The notes beneath the pieces are model-generated. The model ran no database searches, was not told the DNA's origin, and saw nothing but the letters and a program-made list of their open reading frames with translations. The translations under genes were made by a program, and so were the position numbers. DNA of 63,846 nt, counting the filler, from Craspedostauros australis (lineage: Eukaryota), in NCBI GenBank assembly GCA_030167865.1. It is 13 parts of 13 records of this genome, joined end to end, with 100 filler letters (N's around TTAATTAATTAA, not from the genome) between each part and the next. Parts side by side here need not be neighbours in the genome. Positions count along the whole stretch, not along the records: positions 49,549 to 56,988 come from JALAGF010006488.1; positions 57,089 to 58,602 come from JALAGF010006489.1; positions 58,703 to 60,508 come from JALAGF010006494.1; 10 more parts are not named here. One strand, 5' to 3'. How positions within the stretch are numbered: position 1 is the first letter of the stretch; each line of letters starts with the position of its first letter. Positions 49,449 to 60,608 of this stretch are shown here, piece by piece.

Positions 49449-49548
49449 NNNNNNNNNNNNNNNNNNNNNNNNNNNNNNNNNNNNNNNNNNNNTTAATTAA
49501 TTAANNNNNNNNNNNNNNNNNNNNNNNNNNNNNNNNNNNNNNNNNNNN

Positions 49549-50960
49549 TTCCCACAGATACATCAGCAGGCCTACGGAGGCGGATTGGAATACGAAGATG
49601 GCGCTGATGCCAATCATCGCACACGTTAAGAATCAGTGCTTCAGAACGTACTGGTATGGCTTCAGCTCTCTTCCAATACAGACGTGCCCTGCGCTGACTT
49701 GCACATCGTCATTGTAGAGAGCGTCGTCATGCAACGGTGTCCATTCTATCCACGCAGCTGGAGAGCTCGTGCGCTGTGTTCGTTGCCGCCTTTTCGTTCT
49801 GCTCACCAACCAAACAATGATGGACCGTGACGGATGCTGCTTTCGTTCCATGACGTAATGATACGACGGGATCACGATGGTGCGAGTTTCCGGGATAGCA
49901 CCGACGAGAAACGGCACCAGTAGCGTCCATTTTCGAATCAGCGATATCCAGTCACTTTCGTGCAGGCATTGCGTGGATAGCACAGATATTGCAAGGGCCG
50001 TCCCATTTGCGGATTGCAATGTCACGTGCACGCCGAAGATGCCCAACTCTCGGTTAGTCAGCGATTCTGGAAGCTCCAGCGCGATTTCGATGGCGTACGG
50101 TTGGTTTGTCTTCAACGCGGAGCGAGATCGTGGTTTGGGGTGATGACCGTCAAGGTATGGTTCCCATTGCGTGCGCTTGGTGAACAGATCAGCAGTTGCT
50201 CAAGGCGATCGTTGCAAGGCACGCCGCTGATCAACTGAAAGATTGGGTATTTGGTTCTGCGGTGGCATCTGAGGTTGTGCTTGGGCTTGAGCTTGAGCTT
50301 GCCCATGCGATGGTGGTGGTGATGAGTGGGAGACTGTCTCCTGTTGCGACTCGACGCCAGCTTCATGACTGCTCTCGCTGCTGCTGCTGCTGTCATGATT
50401 GATGGCTATATTCGTCTCATGTTGTTTGCATTCTTGTAGCCCCTCTTCTCCATTTGGTGCTTTCCGTCCTCCCTCATCCGCACTCACATCTGTTTCTGCT
50501 ACTGCTCCAGCCACCATTGTTGCACGAGATGATGTTCAGTTGGATGGATGGACATCTCAGTGTAATCGAAGTTGAGCGACATCATGATGTCGTGGGATGG
50601 CATCACAATGATGTGGAACAGTCCGTAGGACGACACGGATGTGGAGAGGATCACCACGACTATGCTCCAGCAGATGACGAGCTTTTGCAACAAGGGAATG
50701 AAGCCCATGAATCCATCTGCGCTGGTTCTGCTGTCATTATTGTTGCCATTGCCGTTTGCACGGTGGTTGCCATCTCCGTCTGTTGCATTGTGCACGGAAG
50801 ATGAGCGATGCAAGATGCTGGAGTTTCCATTGCTCATCGCGATGGCTGTCGTTGCCCATGATGGCACGGGCAGCCCGTACGCAGACGAGAGCAACAGCAC
50901 ATCAGACGCAGTCGAAGCAAGGCGGTGAACAATGTGTTGGTTTTGGGAGGTGTCGGCCAT
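49549..50960 (-). pseudogene. Seipin (BSCL2-like) pseudogene
   Basis: TM1 (LVICWSIVVVILSTSVSSYGLF...MP...LNFDY) and lumenal motif QPYAIEIALELPESLTNRELGIFGVHVTL, then KWTLLVPFLVG..PET and LKPYQYVLKH*FLTCAMIGI (TM2). Stops at 50499 and 49633 plus frameshifts. Confidence 0.8.
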
Positions 50961-53900
50961 GATGGGATAATGAGCCTCGTGATCTTGGTGGCGCCGATAT
51001 CGCTTCTGATACGAATGGAGTCGAGTAGAGCAGAGTAGGTCCTTGCGCTTACATCTGCATTTCCACCTGCGCTTCCACGTCCAAGGATGCTTGCGCTTGC
51101 TCGTCGCAATCAGTATCATCCACGACAACATTCCTTCTATGCTCTGCTTTGCTGCGTCCAACCCTCCTCTTGCTGGTCCGAAACAATCATTGCCGCAAGG
51201 TGCTTCCTCTTGTTGTGTCGTCTTCCTCCTTTGATTTTTGGTAGCGACGTGGTGTTGGGATTGTTGGGATTGTTGGCATACATACGTTGGCCATCGGTTG
51301 GTTCTTTCTCTTCATTCTTGGTCGGATGGAGGAAAATGATGTTGCTTACCTCTTCTGTAATTTCACGCTTGCATCGAGCACCTCCAAATCTGGGCGAAGT
51401 ACGACTACGGATTGCCTTGTGTCTCCAAAGACGTACACTTTGTGAGTGTTGGTAGTCGCAAGGCACATAATTTCACAACTAGCCTCGCTCATCCTGATCT
51501 CAAGTGGCGATTACGAACGGCATGGAGTATTGGCGAGACAGACTCAGCGGACTTTAGTCCTGTGAAACTACTGACTAAATGCATGTTTCACAGAACTCGT
51601 TATGAAATTATGACTGATCTCCCAGAGGCGTTCAAAATCGGAACAACAAATTCATACTTCTCCGATCGGTCGAGATTTGTGTGCGACATGGGATTGGGAC
51701 AGTATTTAACGGAGAAGGGTTATATTGGGATATGCGGTAAAATATTTACTTGTTGCTCCCAATTCTTCTTCCCGAGTGTTGCAGGCTCGCAAGCACGTCA
51801 TCCAGAACCTCATTCTTGTCTGAATGGTGTCGCATTGGTACGTCATCATGTGACGTCATCTGTTCGAACTGTTGCTCAATGAGATACCTTCATATTGGTA
51901 CCATATCTTCGATCAATTTGTCTCAGTTCTGTTCGTGGTGATCATGTGTTGATGCGAGCTTCGTGTGCAGACAACAGCGCAGCTCGTCGCGGCCTACGAG
52001 TCATCATTTTGGGAGTCCCTGATGTGCATCATCATCGCAATTACAGCATTATAATCCATACTGAGTAGATTACACAACTACCTACCACCACTATCAAGGT
52101 GCTCCATCTTACTGGGATCATCGCATTCTCTTTATGTTCATTCAAGCTTCTTGTGTGCATCAAATTAGTGTTTGCTTTGCGTTGCACGCTGGAACTTGCT
52201 CGTTTCGTTCCGTCTTATTGTCATTGACAGTCTCCATAATGCACCTTGCCAATTCCTCAGTGTATAGCTTTGGACGAGAGCCCTTCATGCACTTCATGTC
52301 ACAAGTCTCATCATGACAATGGAATTGGTGGTACGCAAGAAGAGGGAAGTCTCATCTGCAGACGAGCGGATTCAGATCGTGGTGATGATCTTGCTGTCGC
52401 AAGTCCATGGCCGTTGCAAGGACGGGTTGCTCGATCATCTGGAGGCATGCTACAGCACCACAGCCCAGAAAATGATGATCAACGTGAGAAAGGCTGTGGC
52501 CAGCAACTTTCAATCATCTTGGAGCTTGCTGCCACAGTGCCATGAATGTCATGGTGTGTGCAAATGAGGCCGAGAAGACAAATATTCACTCAATCCAGTA
52601 TGTTCAGTAGTTGTGCTTAAATTTAGTCTATCTATTTCACTATCCAACTGTTCTGGATGTTTGAGCGGGGTTGAAGATTGAATCAATACCAGTGGAATGG
52701 GGTCCCACCCACGATTTATACTTCCCATACGATCCTCCAGATCACATTCAATGCGCTCATGATAACACCAGTTGCAGAGTATTGGTCCCTTTTGGACGGT
52801 AGTTTGCTCCATATTGCTTGCTGTTGGGAGAAACGTCGATTGCATATTTAGAGATAGGTAGGATTTTTCTCTCTCCGATCCGTCTCCAACGTCACGCAGA
52901 ATGGATGGTACTGTACGTTGTGAAACACCAACCACGACGCATTGGGGGGCATTATGGGCTGTGTGTTGTTGTGATGGAATGTTTGCGTTGCTTGAATAAT
53001 CACTAAGTGCCTTGTATGTTGTTCCGTGTGTCCATTCGGTATCATTCTGGGTAATCTCCAAGTCCTCCGACAGCAAAACCGTTTGAGGACACCAAACGCC
53101 ACACAACAAGACGTCAATGGAGAAACACAACAACACTCCACAAGCACTCCACAAGCACCGTCGAACGGCATCAACGCCACTACAACAACCATCAGTCCAA
53201 TACAATATCCAAGCACATAGGCGAAACCGCCAAGGAAAGATTGGTGGATGGATCAGAGGGGGCTACCAGAGCGGTTGATTTGATGCCATGGCAGGCCCAT
53301 GTGCAAAGGACACGATTTGGAGGCAAATCTGCTTGGTGGATATGGGCTCTGTATGGAATAAGCAGACCATGGCAACGATTATAGATGGGCAAGACGCATC
53401 CAGGAGGGTAAGGCAAAGGTGCCCACGAAGTTTGTGGCTTGGGGATGGTCTGGAAGGTGGCACCAGGAAGAAACAAGTGGAGAGCAAGAGTTTGTTGGTG
53501 GATGGTAGTGCACGCATCCTGTGACTTTGGCAGTGATGGGTGTCATGCACAAATCACCTAAAATGGTCAAGCCACCCATGCAAGATGTGTTCAGACTGAA
53601 CTCAGGGGTTGGTGGATGAAGCAGCAGAATGTTTTATTTTCTGGAAGAGGCTGCATCCAGGAATGCACACCAAAGGGTCGTTTTTGGTGGTCGCAACAGC
53701 AGCAGAATGGCATCATCATACAGAGGTGTACCCTTGGAGGCATGAATGTCCAGCTCATTCTGCATGCATCAGTGTGTCACCAGAGACTGTGTAATAACAC
53801 ACGAGGGGCACGTGGAGGGGCTGCAATGGTTGTAGGTATGGACAAGATATGGATCCAAGTATGAATTGTGCACAGATCGGAAACAGTTTTCAAAATTGTT

Positions 53901-54472
53901 GGGTTTCAGTTTGGGGAGGCTTTGGGGTTGCAAGGTGGAAATAGCATTCTGTCCTTCATGGAGTAGATGTGGTGCACAGATTGTGGAAATGGCAGGACAA
54001 TGATCATGATCATGGATGCTGAAGGGAGGGCAGCATGTTGGCATCCAGATTGTTGTTGAATCCATGACACAACAGACAGCAAGACAAAATGATGTACAAA
54101 AAGGTTGACATACATTTAACTTCGATATTCAGAATCGCTGATGGTCAGGTGTCTGAATGCATTACTTATTTCTAATCGTAAACAATGTGATGTTGAGATA
54201 TAGCATCAAGATCAGTCATTTGGATGGTTTTGGTTGTGTTCCAGAATAGTCTACTTTAACACCACTCACCACCCACAAAACTCTACAATTGGTGTTATCG
54301 TTCGCTTTTTTTTTTGCGATCTGCAGGTTCTATGTGTGTTGTGTTCTCTATCTACTCGTCTACGAGTGCACAACATGCCACACAACATGCTGATACAACG
54401 CACCAATTGACCCACCCCTCATTGGCGTCGTGCGTTTGGCATCCAACTGCGAGTACGAGTATTGATCCACGA

Positions 54473-56988
54473 TCAAGCGGACGGCAGATCGACGACCTCA
54501 CCCATGGGGTTGATAGTGGATGCATGGCCGGCTGGTGAATCAATTGGTGGCCCTGGTACTTGTCCGTTGGCCGCACCATATTCTGGCGCAGCAGGCAGCT
54601 CCATCTTGTCCGTCACGGCTATTTCGGGTGCAGCGATGATGACTTTGTCTTCACCCACCGCGGAGTTGGCGAGACTTGCGCCTGGATTGACGTTGGTCCG
54701 GGTGCTGGCGGAATACTGTGCGGGTAGCGACTTGGGTTGGTACTTGTTCGAGTCCGCTGCTACCCTCGACAGCAACGACGCCGAGTTCGCGCCGGAGGTG
54801 CCGGTTGGGCCGGATGCTGGATTCAGCCCCGTGATGTGAACTTGCCCTCCGCCGAGATTGGAACGCGCATTCGAAGGTCTCTTGTCATCCCAATACATCG
54901 CGATGAACTTGGGTAGCATCACCAAAAAGATGCTTGCGGCCGCGGTCAGAGTCAGCATGCTTGACAATCCGACGTACGTGCCATCTGTGGACACGTCCTC
55001 CAAGATGACAAAGACGGGGATGGAGACAAGGATGATCTCCATGTGGGCGAAGATGAGGACGAAGATCCAGTAGGCCTCGGAGTACGCGTTGTCGACGTCC
55101 TTGGTCTTCCAGGCCATGAAGCCTGTGAGACCGACAGAGACAAGGATGACAGCTGCCAACGCAGAGGCATAGTCGACAGGATGATCGCAAGTGCAGTCGC
55201 CATGCGATTCGCCGGTGGATTGGTTGACAATGTCTCTCTCCCACGTCAACGGGTCCGCGATTGTCCACGCGGTGAGGATGGCAAATGCCGTCGTCATCAG
55301 CATAGCAATAGGCCAGGCAACGTGCCGCACATCGATCTTCCGTCTTGTGAATGACAGCACGCGGTTCACCCGCCAGAGCTTTGCGAAGAGCGCCCCGTAT
55401 ATGATGATGAATCCACTGGAAACGAGCCAGGGCATGGCGACGCAGAGGTTGGATAGAGTGTCCTGACCCACTCCGCGATTTTCGTCGAAGCCCATCGTGA
55501 TCGCCCCCGTCGCAACCAAAGAAGCTCCGAAGAAGAGCATGTACAGGAAGAGCGGTTGCGACGCCCGGACCACCTTGTGGCTGCGATACACAAATACCCA
55601 GATGGCTGATCCCACGGCTGTTGCATACACCATGCCAGCTAACGCGAAGCCAGCGATGCGAGGTCCTGGTGTGCCAAAAGCAAAGCATGGGAGGAGCAAT
55701 TCGTGATGCCACATTGGGGTTTGATTTGATTTGGAGTGTCAGTCGTACGTGCGAGCATTGTATTGTGAATGTCGGAATGGATCAATGCCATGAAATGCAA
55801 AGCACATATGATGTGACAGCGCATTGTGCGAGAACGAACACGAGCGCGGGCGCGATGTCCATACATGCGGGTGTGTGTGCGGGGGGCGCCAACGGACGTG
55901 AACGATGGCTGAGATACGGCACAAAGAAAATGACGCCAAGTTGCTTTGTGAAATCAAATGCAGAAGAGGTAGATTGCTCCCAATCCTCGCACGAGTAGAC
56001 AGGCATCAGAAATGGCACCACCTTGAGTCTGCAACACAACGAAGCAAAGTGCTGGACGTACCGTCACTCAAGTAGTTCTGCTCTGGCACGGTCCTCAGCA
56101 GTTTGGGCTGATTGGTCGTGCCATCGGCGTACGTGTATGGCTGGAGCTCAATCCATGTCCATGCTCCTGTCTCCCTTGCTGGGAAGTACATGTGGGTCGG
56201 GGCAAATTCGACAGAGATCGGTGAGTCGGTATCTCTCTCAATCGATACCGATTGCAAGATCTCGCTCGGTAAAAGGTTGATGACGATCCACGGAACATTC
56301 TCATGATCGCGAACATAGCCAGTGCTCCTCTGGCTGACCCTCAAGTCAGTGTCTTGGTTGGAGTTTTTGGCATTTGATGCCTCATCGAGGATGGTTGGCT
56401 TGTGGAAGGAAACGTATCCGGAGGCACCATAGAACTGAGCGTCGCGGACTTTCTGGGCGTGGAGCAGGCTGGACACATTGACTTGGACACTGAGATCATC
56501 GTTGCCTGCTGTGTTCGCTGGTATTGGTGTCAGCGGTGTGAAGAAGTCGGGTGACAGGCCCGCTCTGTATCTTTGCTTTGCCGGCCAGGGCTCGGTTGGA
56601 TCCCCAGTGTGGTTGTTCAAGAAGAAGTCTGAGATATAGTTGGTGTACTCTTCAACTCGCTGTTCAAACTGAGGCATCAAATTGGCCTCCTCGTAGTATG
56701 CCAAGCATCCTCCCATGCCAAGTGATATGGTGGCATCAAAGAGCAATGAGCCACCGAGTTCTGGTTCGTTGGTGGCAAAGTAATTTTCGTCACCCATGAA
56801 GTACCCAGGTTCGTTGGGGTCCTGGATCGGATTATTGCGATTGGCCTCGTTGATGATATCGAGCGCTGCAGTTTTGTCGCCGTCATACCCACGCCATCTT
56901 AGACTAAAGGTGGCGTCTTCGGAAACGGCTGGGAAGAACCAGGTGCCGCCCACCAGCAGTTGGTTGACGTTGTCGGTGGTATCGAAGA
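54473..56988 (-). CDS. Class C (GABA-B-like, 7tm_3) G protein-coupled receptor, 5'-truncated (exons <56988-56062 and 55665-54473)
   Basis: Seven hydrophobic helices with KVVRASQPLFL, LFAKLWRVNRV and AWKTKDV...SE motifs. The upstream exon has FYGASGYVSF, typical of the end of a periplasmic-binding-type ectodomain. In-frame phase-1 GTACGT...CAG intron at 56061-55666. Confidence 0.9.
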
Positions 56989-57088
56989 NNNNNNNNNNNN
57001 NNNNNNNNNNNNNNNNNNNNNNNNNNNNNNNNTTAATTAATTAANNNNNNNNNNNNNNNNNNNNNNNNNNNNNNNNNNNNNNNNNNNN

Positions 57089-57494
57089 GCCTTGTGGCAA
57101 GCTGTCTCTTTGTTGTCCTTCTTGTTGTTTGCTTGCTTGCTGGATGATTTGGTGAGTGATGCTTTGAGCTGCTTCGTCTTGGCCCGGAGAGCAAGGAGCT
57201 GCTTGTCGCAAGAAAGACGGTTCCATGTGCTGGCATTGACCAAGCTCTGTTACTTGGTCTCAGCAGTATTCATGAGACTGATGTAGTCTGGAGTACCGCA
57301 GTCGCTGCAGTGCTGGATGTGGCTGACAAACTCTTCATTGTATGATATGTCGTATGCAGTGATGAGTGCAAAGGTGACTTTGCTGCCAACTGTTTTGCCT
57401 TTGGACTGGAGAGTGAAGACTTGGTTGCGAACGTGGTTGTTCAGCTTCTTGATGTTGTTGTTGAAGTCTTTGAGCTTCAACCAATGTAGATTGA
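57089..57494 (-). mobile_element. Degenerate CoDi-type copia gag fragment
   Basis: FNNNIKKLNNHVRNQVFTLQSKG...LITAY....EEFVSHI...LMNTAETK*QSLVNASTW...QLLALRAK resembles diatom copia gag. Confidence 0.55.
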
Positions 57495-57496
57495 TA

Positions 57497-58153
57497 CCAA
57501 CTGCACCACTCCAAGCACACTCCCAAGAGTACGGCCATGGAGCCTGCAGTGTTAGATCCGTCTGGAAGTTATCAAAATATACGGATGCTGATATCACGCA
57601 GTTCTGCATTGGACAAGACTGCACGGTACGATTCACCTTGTACAGCATTATGCATACCAATGCATTGCACAGGCCGTTTTCAGAGATCCAATCAACTGGA
57701 CAACTCCAAGCACACTCCAAAAAGTGCGGTCACCCAGTTTGAATTCCTAGATCAGTTTAGAAGAGATCCAATTCTATGGATGCTGATACCAAGCCGTACT
57801 GAACGGTACGCATTGCGCTGTACAACATTCTGAGCATGTGTGCATACAAAATGTCAATCATACTCCAATCCAACACTTCGATGCCTCTGAATCTCCTCCA
57901 AAGTGTACGAATATTGAGTTCAANNNNNNNNNNNNNNNNNNNNNNNNNNNNNNNNNNNNNNNNNNNNNNNNNNNNNNNNNNNNNNNNNNNNNNNNNNNNN
58001 NNNNNNNNNNNNNNNNNNNNNNNNNNNNNNNNNNNNNNNNNNNNNNNNNNNNNNNNNNNNNNNNNNNNNNTGGTATGAGTACCTTCCAGAAGGATCCAAG
58101 ACCTCAAACTTCGTGGCTGTACCCCATGGAGTGTGCTTGGAGTGGTGGGGTTG
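57497..58153. mobile_element. MITE with about 85-bp imperfect TIRs and TA TSD (Tc1/mariner-type)
   Basis: CAAC..CACCACTCCAAGCACACTCC...GTAC.GCCA.G...GATCC.TCTGGAAG at the left end is inverted at the right end. TA at 57495-57496 and 58154-58155. Confidence 0.75.
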
Positions 58154-58847
58154 TAACAATCAAGTATGCTTGACCTTTTGTATGCACATATGACCAACAC
58201 AGTACACACAGTGACCAAATGGTATCGCAGGAATGGAGTACATGTAGTCTGAAACTCCTTGCAGTTGGATGTAGACCATTCCAAGGTCGGTACATGCCAA
58301 TGGCAATGTCAGCATGCAATCGAAAATAGCTGATTCGACCCTCTGCTCAACAGGATTCATCGACAACATCATAAACTAGAGTACTCTACGCTGTCCAAAA
58401 GGGAAATGGTTGATGTGTACACTTCGTGGCTAAACTAACATTTTCAATGCTGTCGCAGTGATACGCCGACCATTTCAGTCATCCAATCATCGTGCCAGGC
58501 ACCAAAACGACCCGGTTAGTGAATTTGCTCGTTCGGATTTGGCCAGATTCGTGAATTGGCACTAAATCTGCACAAAAAGTCAACGACAACGACAACGACA
58601 ACNNNNNNNNNNNNNNNNNNNNNNNNNNNNNNNNNNNNNNNNNNNNTTAATTAATTAANNNNNNNNNNNNNNNNNNNNNNNNNNNNNNNNNNNNNNNNNN
58701 NNGGAACCAAGACTTGCGGGTGGCTCAGGTTGGGCTTTATGCCATGAGGAAGCTGGTACAGAGTGGTGTCAATGATGGAGTGCCAACGCCTATTCTTGAC
58801 ATACACCGCATGTGCAAGGGCACAAGCCTGGAACTTGGGATGCAGGG

Positions 58848-59456
58848 TGTTGGCAAGTTCCGTTCACGGATGCTCTTGCGACTGTTGACGATGGTGGTGG
58901 TGGTGGTGGTGGTTACGATTCTGTTTGCTATTTCAGTATGTTGCTCCGATGCCTCTCGGAGTCTCCCAATGCTCTTGGTGTCTCCCAACTATGAGTTGGC
59001 ACGCGAGATGCTCTCTTGCTGTTTCTTGTATTCTCTCTCTCTCTCTTGCATGTTGGTACTACGCAATATTCCGTACTCGATATGTACTCCGTATTCGATA
59101 CGTAGTCAGTCCGCTCATCCTCCACTGGCCCACTACTCTGCGTGTAGTTGCCAATATCTTGTCCAAACTCCTCCTTGCATATCCATGATCTCTATTGGCA
59201 AGTTCTGCTCATGGGTATTCTTGTGATTGCATACAACGGTGTTGGTGGTGGTGGTGGTTACAATTCTGCTTGCTATTTCATTGCGTTGCTATTCCAATTC
59301 TGTCTCGGAGTCTCCCGACTATGAGTNGGCACGCGAGATGCTCTCTCGCTGTTACTCATATTCTCTCTCTTTCTTGCGTGTTCGTACTACGCAATATTCC
59401 GTGCTAGATACGTGCTCCGTTGTCAGGATGCACATACACATATTCGCATCCTGACA
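58848..59456 (-). mobile_element. Two stacked Copia family A LTRs: short 3' LTR 59193-59456 and partial older LTR 58848-59192
   Basis: On minus, PPT CAGGAAGGG is followed by TGTCAGGATG...ACTTGCCAATA, then a mid-LTR fragment ending GGAACTTGCCAACA. Confidence 0.8.
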
Positions 59457-59476
59457 CCCTTCCTGTGTGCATTTGG

Positions 59477-60508
59477 TCATTCGAATGTTCTCGATGTATC
59501 AAGGTACGACTTCTCATGTTCTCGTTGCAAGTCGGCCTTGATGTTCTTGGTGAATCCGTCGCTTGTGTTCTGCTCGGATTTGACGAAAATGATTGGGATG
59601 GTCTTGTTGGTTACCATGTTCCTCACGTAGTGATGGCGCACGTCGATGTGCCGCGATCGTTGGGATGTTGATGGGTTCTTNNNNNNNNNNNNNNNNNNNN
59701 NNNNNNNNNNNNNNNNNNNNNNNNNNNNNNGATGAAGATCGCTCCGATGTTGTCCACGCGGACCTTGATCGGTGTCTTCACTGGGACGCCCACACTTTCG
59801 AGTAGCTGCACGACAAAGAAGATCTCCTTTGCTGCTTCGGAAAGGGCAACGTATTCTGCTTCGGATGAGCTGAGTGTCACAGCCTTCTGTGCCTTGGATT
59901 GCCAAAGGATTGGTACTTTGCACAGGTATAGGATGAACCCTCCTACGCTGATTCTCGTGTTCTTGTCTCCTGCATATTCGCTATCACAGAAGAGCTCCAT
60001 GTCCCAGCTGTCGTCGTCTGGACGTGCTGGATGGATCTTCAATCCATAGTCCTTTGTATCGATCACATATTTGATGATCCAATACATCTCCTTCATTGCG
60101 GCCTTGGTGGGCCCGATCAATACCTTGGAGAGTTCCCTCACAGGGTTTGCGATGTCTGGTCGCAAGTGCTTGATGAGGAAGAGTAGCATACCGACACCTT
60201 GGGGGTATTCGGCATGTTCTTCCGGTCCGACCTTCTGCAGTCCGTTATCTTCGGATGGTTGCACGATGATTTGACCCGGGGTTCCCGGTGTCCCATAGCG
60301 TTGCATCTTCTCAACCTTGGTTCCGAACTCTTCGATGAGATGTCGGATGAGGTGTGGTTGACGCAACGTTGCTCTGGTCTTGTCATGGTTCAGTTCGATG
60401 TTGCAGCTGAGGTAGTCTCCGAGTCCGCGCTCGATTGTTACCTTGAACTTGCTGCCTTGGATGTCCTTCAGGAATGTCTCCAATGCCTTGGAGTCTCCGC
60501 AGCAGAAG
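59477..60508 (-). mobile_element. Ty1/copia family A pol C-terminus (RT thumb and RNase H)
   Basis: RPDIANPVRELSK, FCDSEYAGD, VTLSSSEAEYVAL, VDNIGAIF, RSRHIDVRHHYVR and NTSDGFTKN. The stop at 59477 is followed by PPT and LTR. Confidence 0.95.
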
Positions 60509-60608
60509 NNNNNNNNNNNNNNNNNNNNNNNNNNNNNNNNNNNNNNNNNNNNTTAATTAATTAANNNNNNNNNNNNNNNNNNNNNNNNNNNNNNNNNNNN
60601 NNNNNNNN

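Noticed and set aside
52300..54100. Possible degraded transposase remnant
   Set aside because: CpG-poor, TE-like composition but no recoverable catalytic motif.
8115..60564. Recurrent TTAATTAATTAA as a biological motif (e.g. piggyBac TTAA sites), and ORFs ending ...LIN*
   Set aside because: Always centred in N runs of near-constant length, so it is a six-frame-stop assembly spacer. Adjacency across spacers has no biological meaning.
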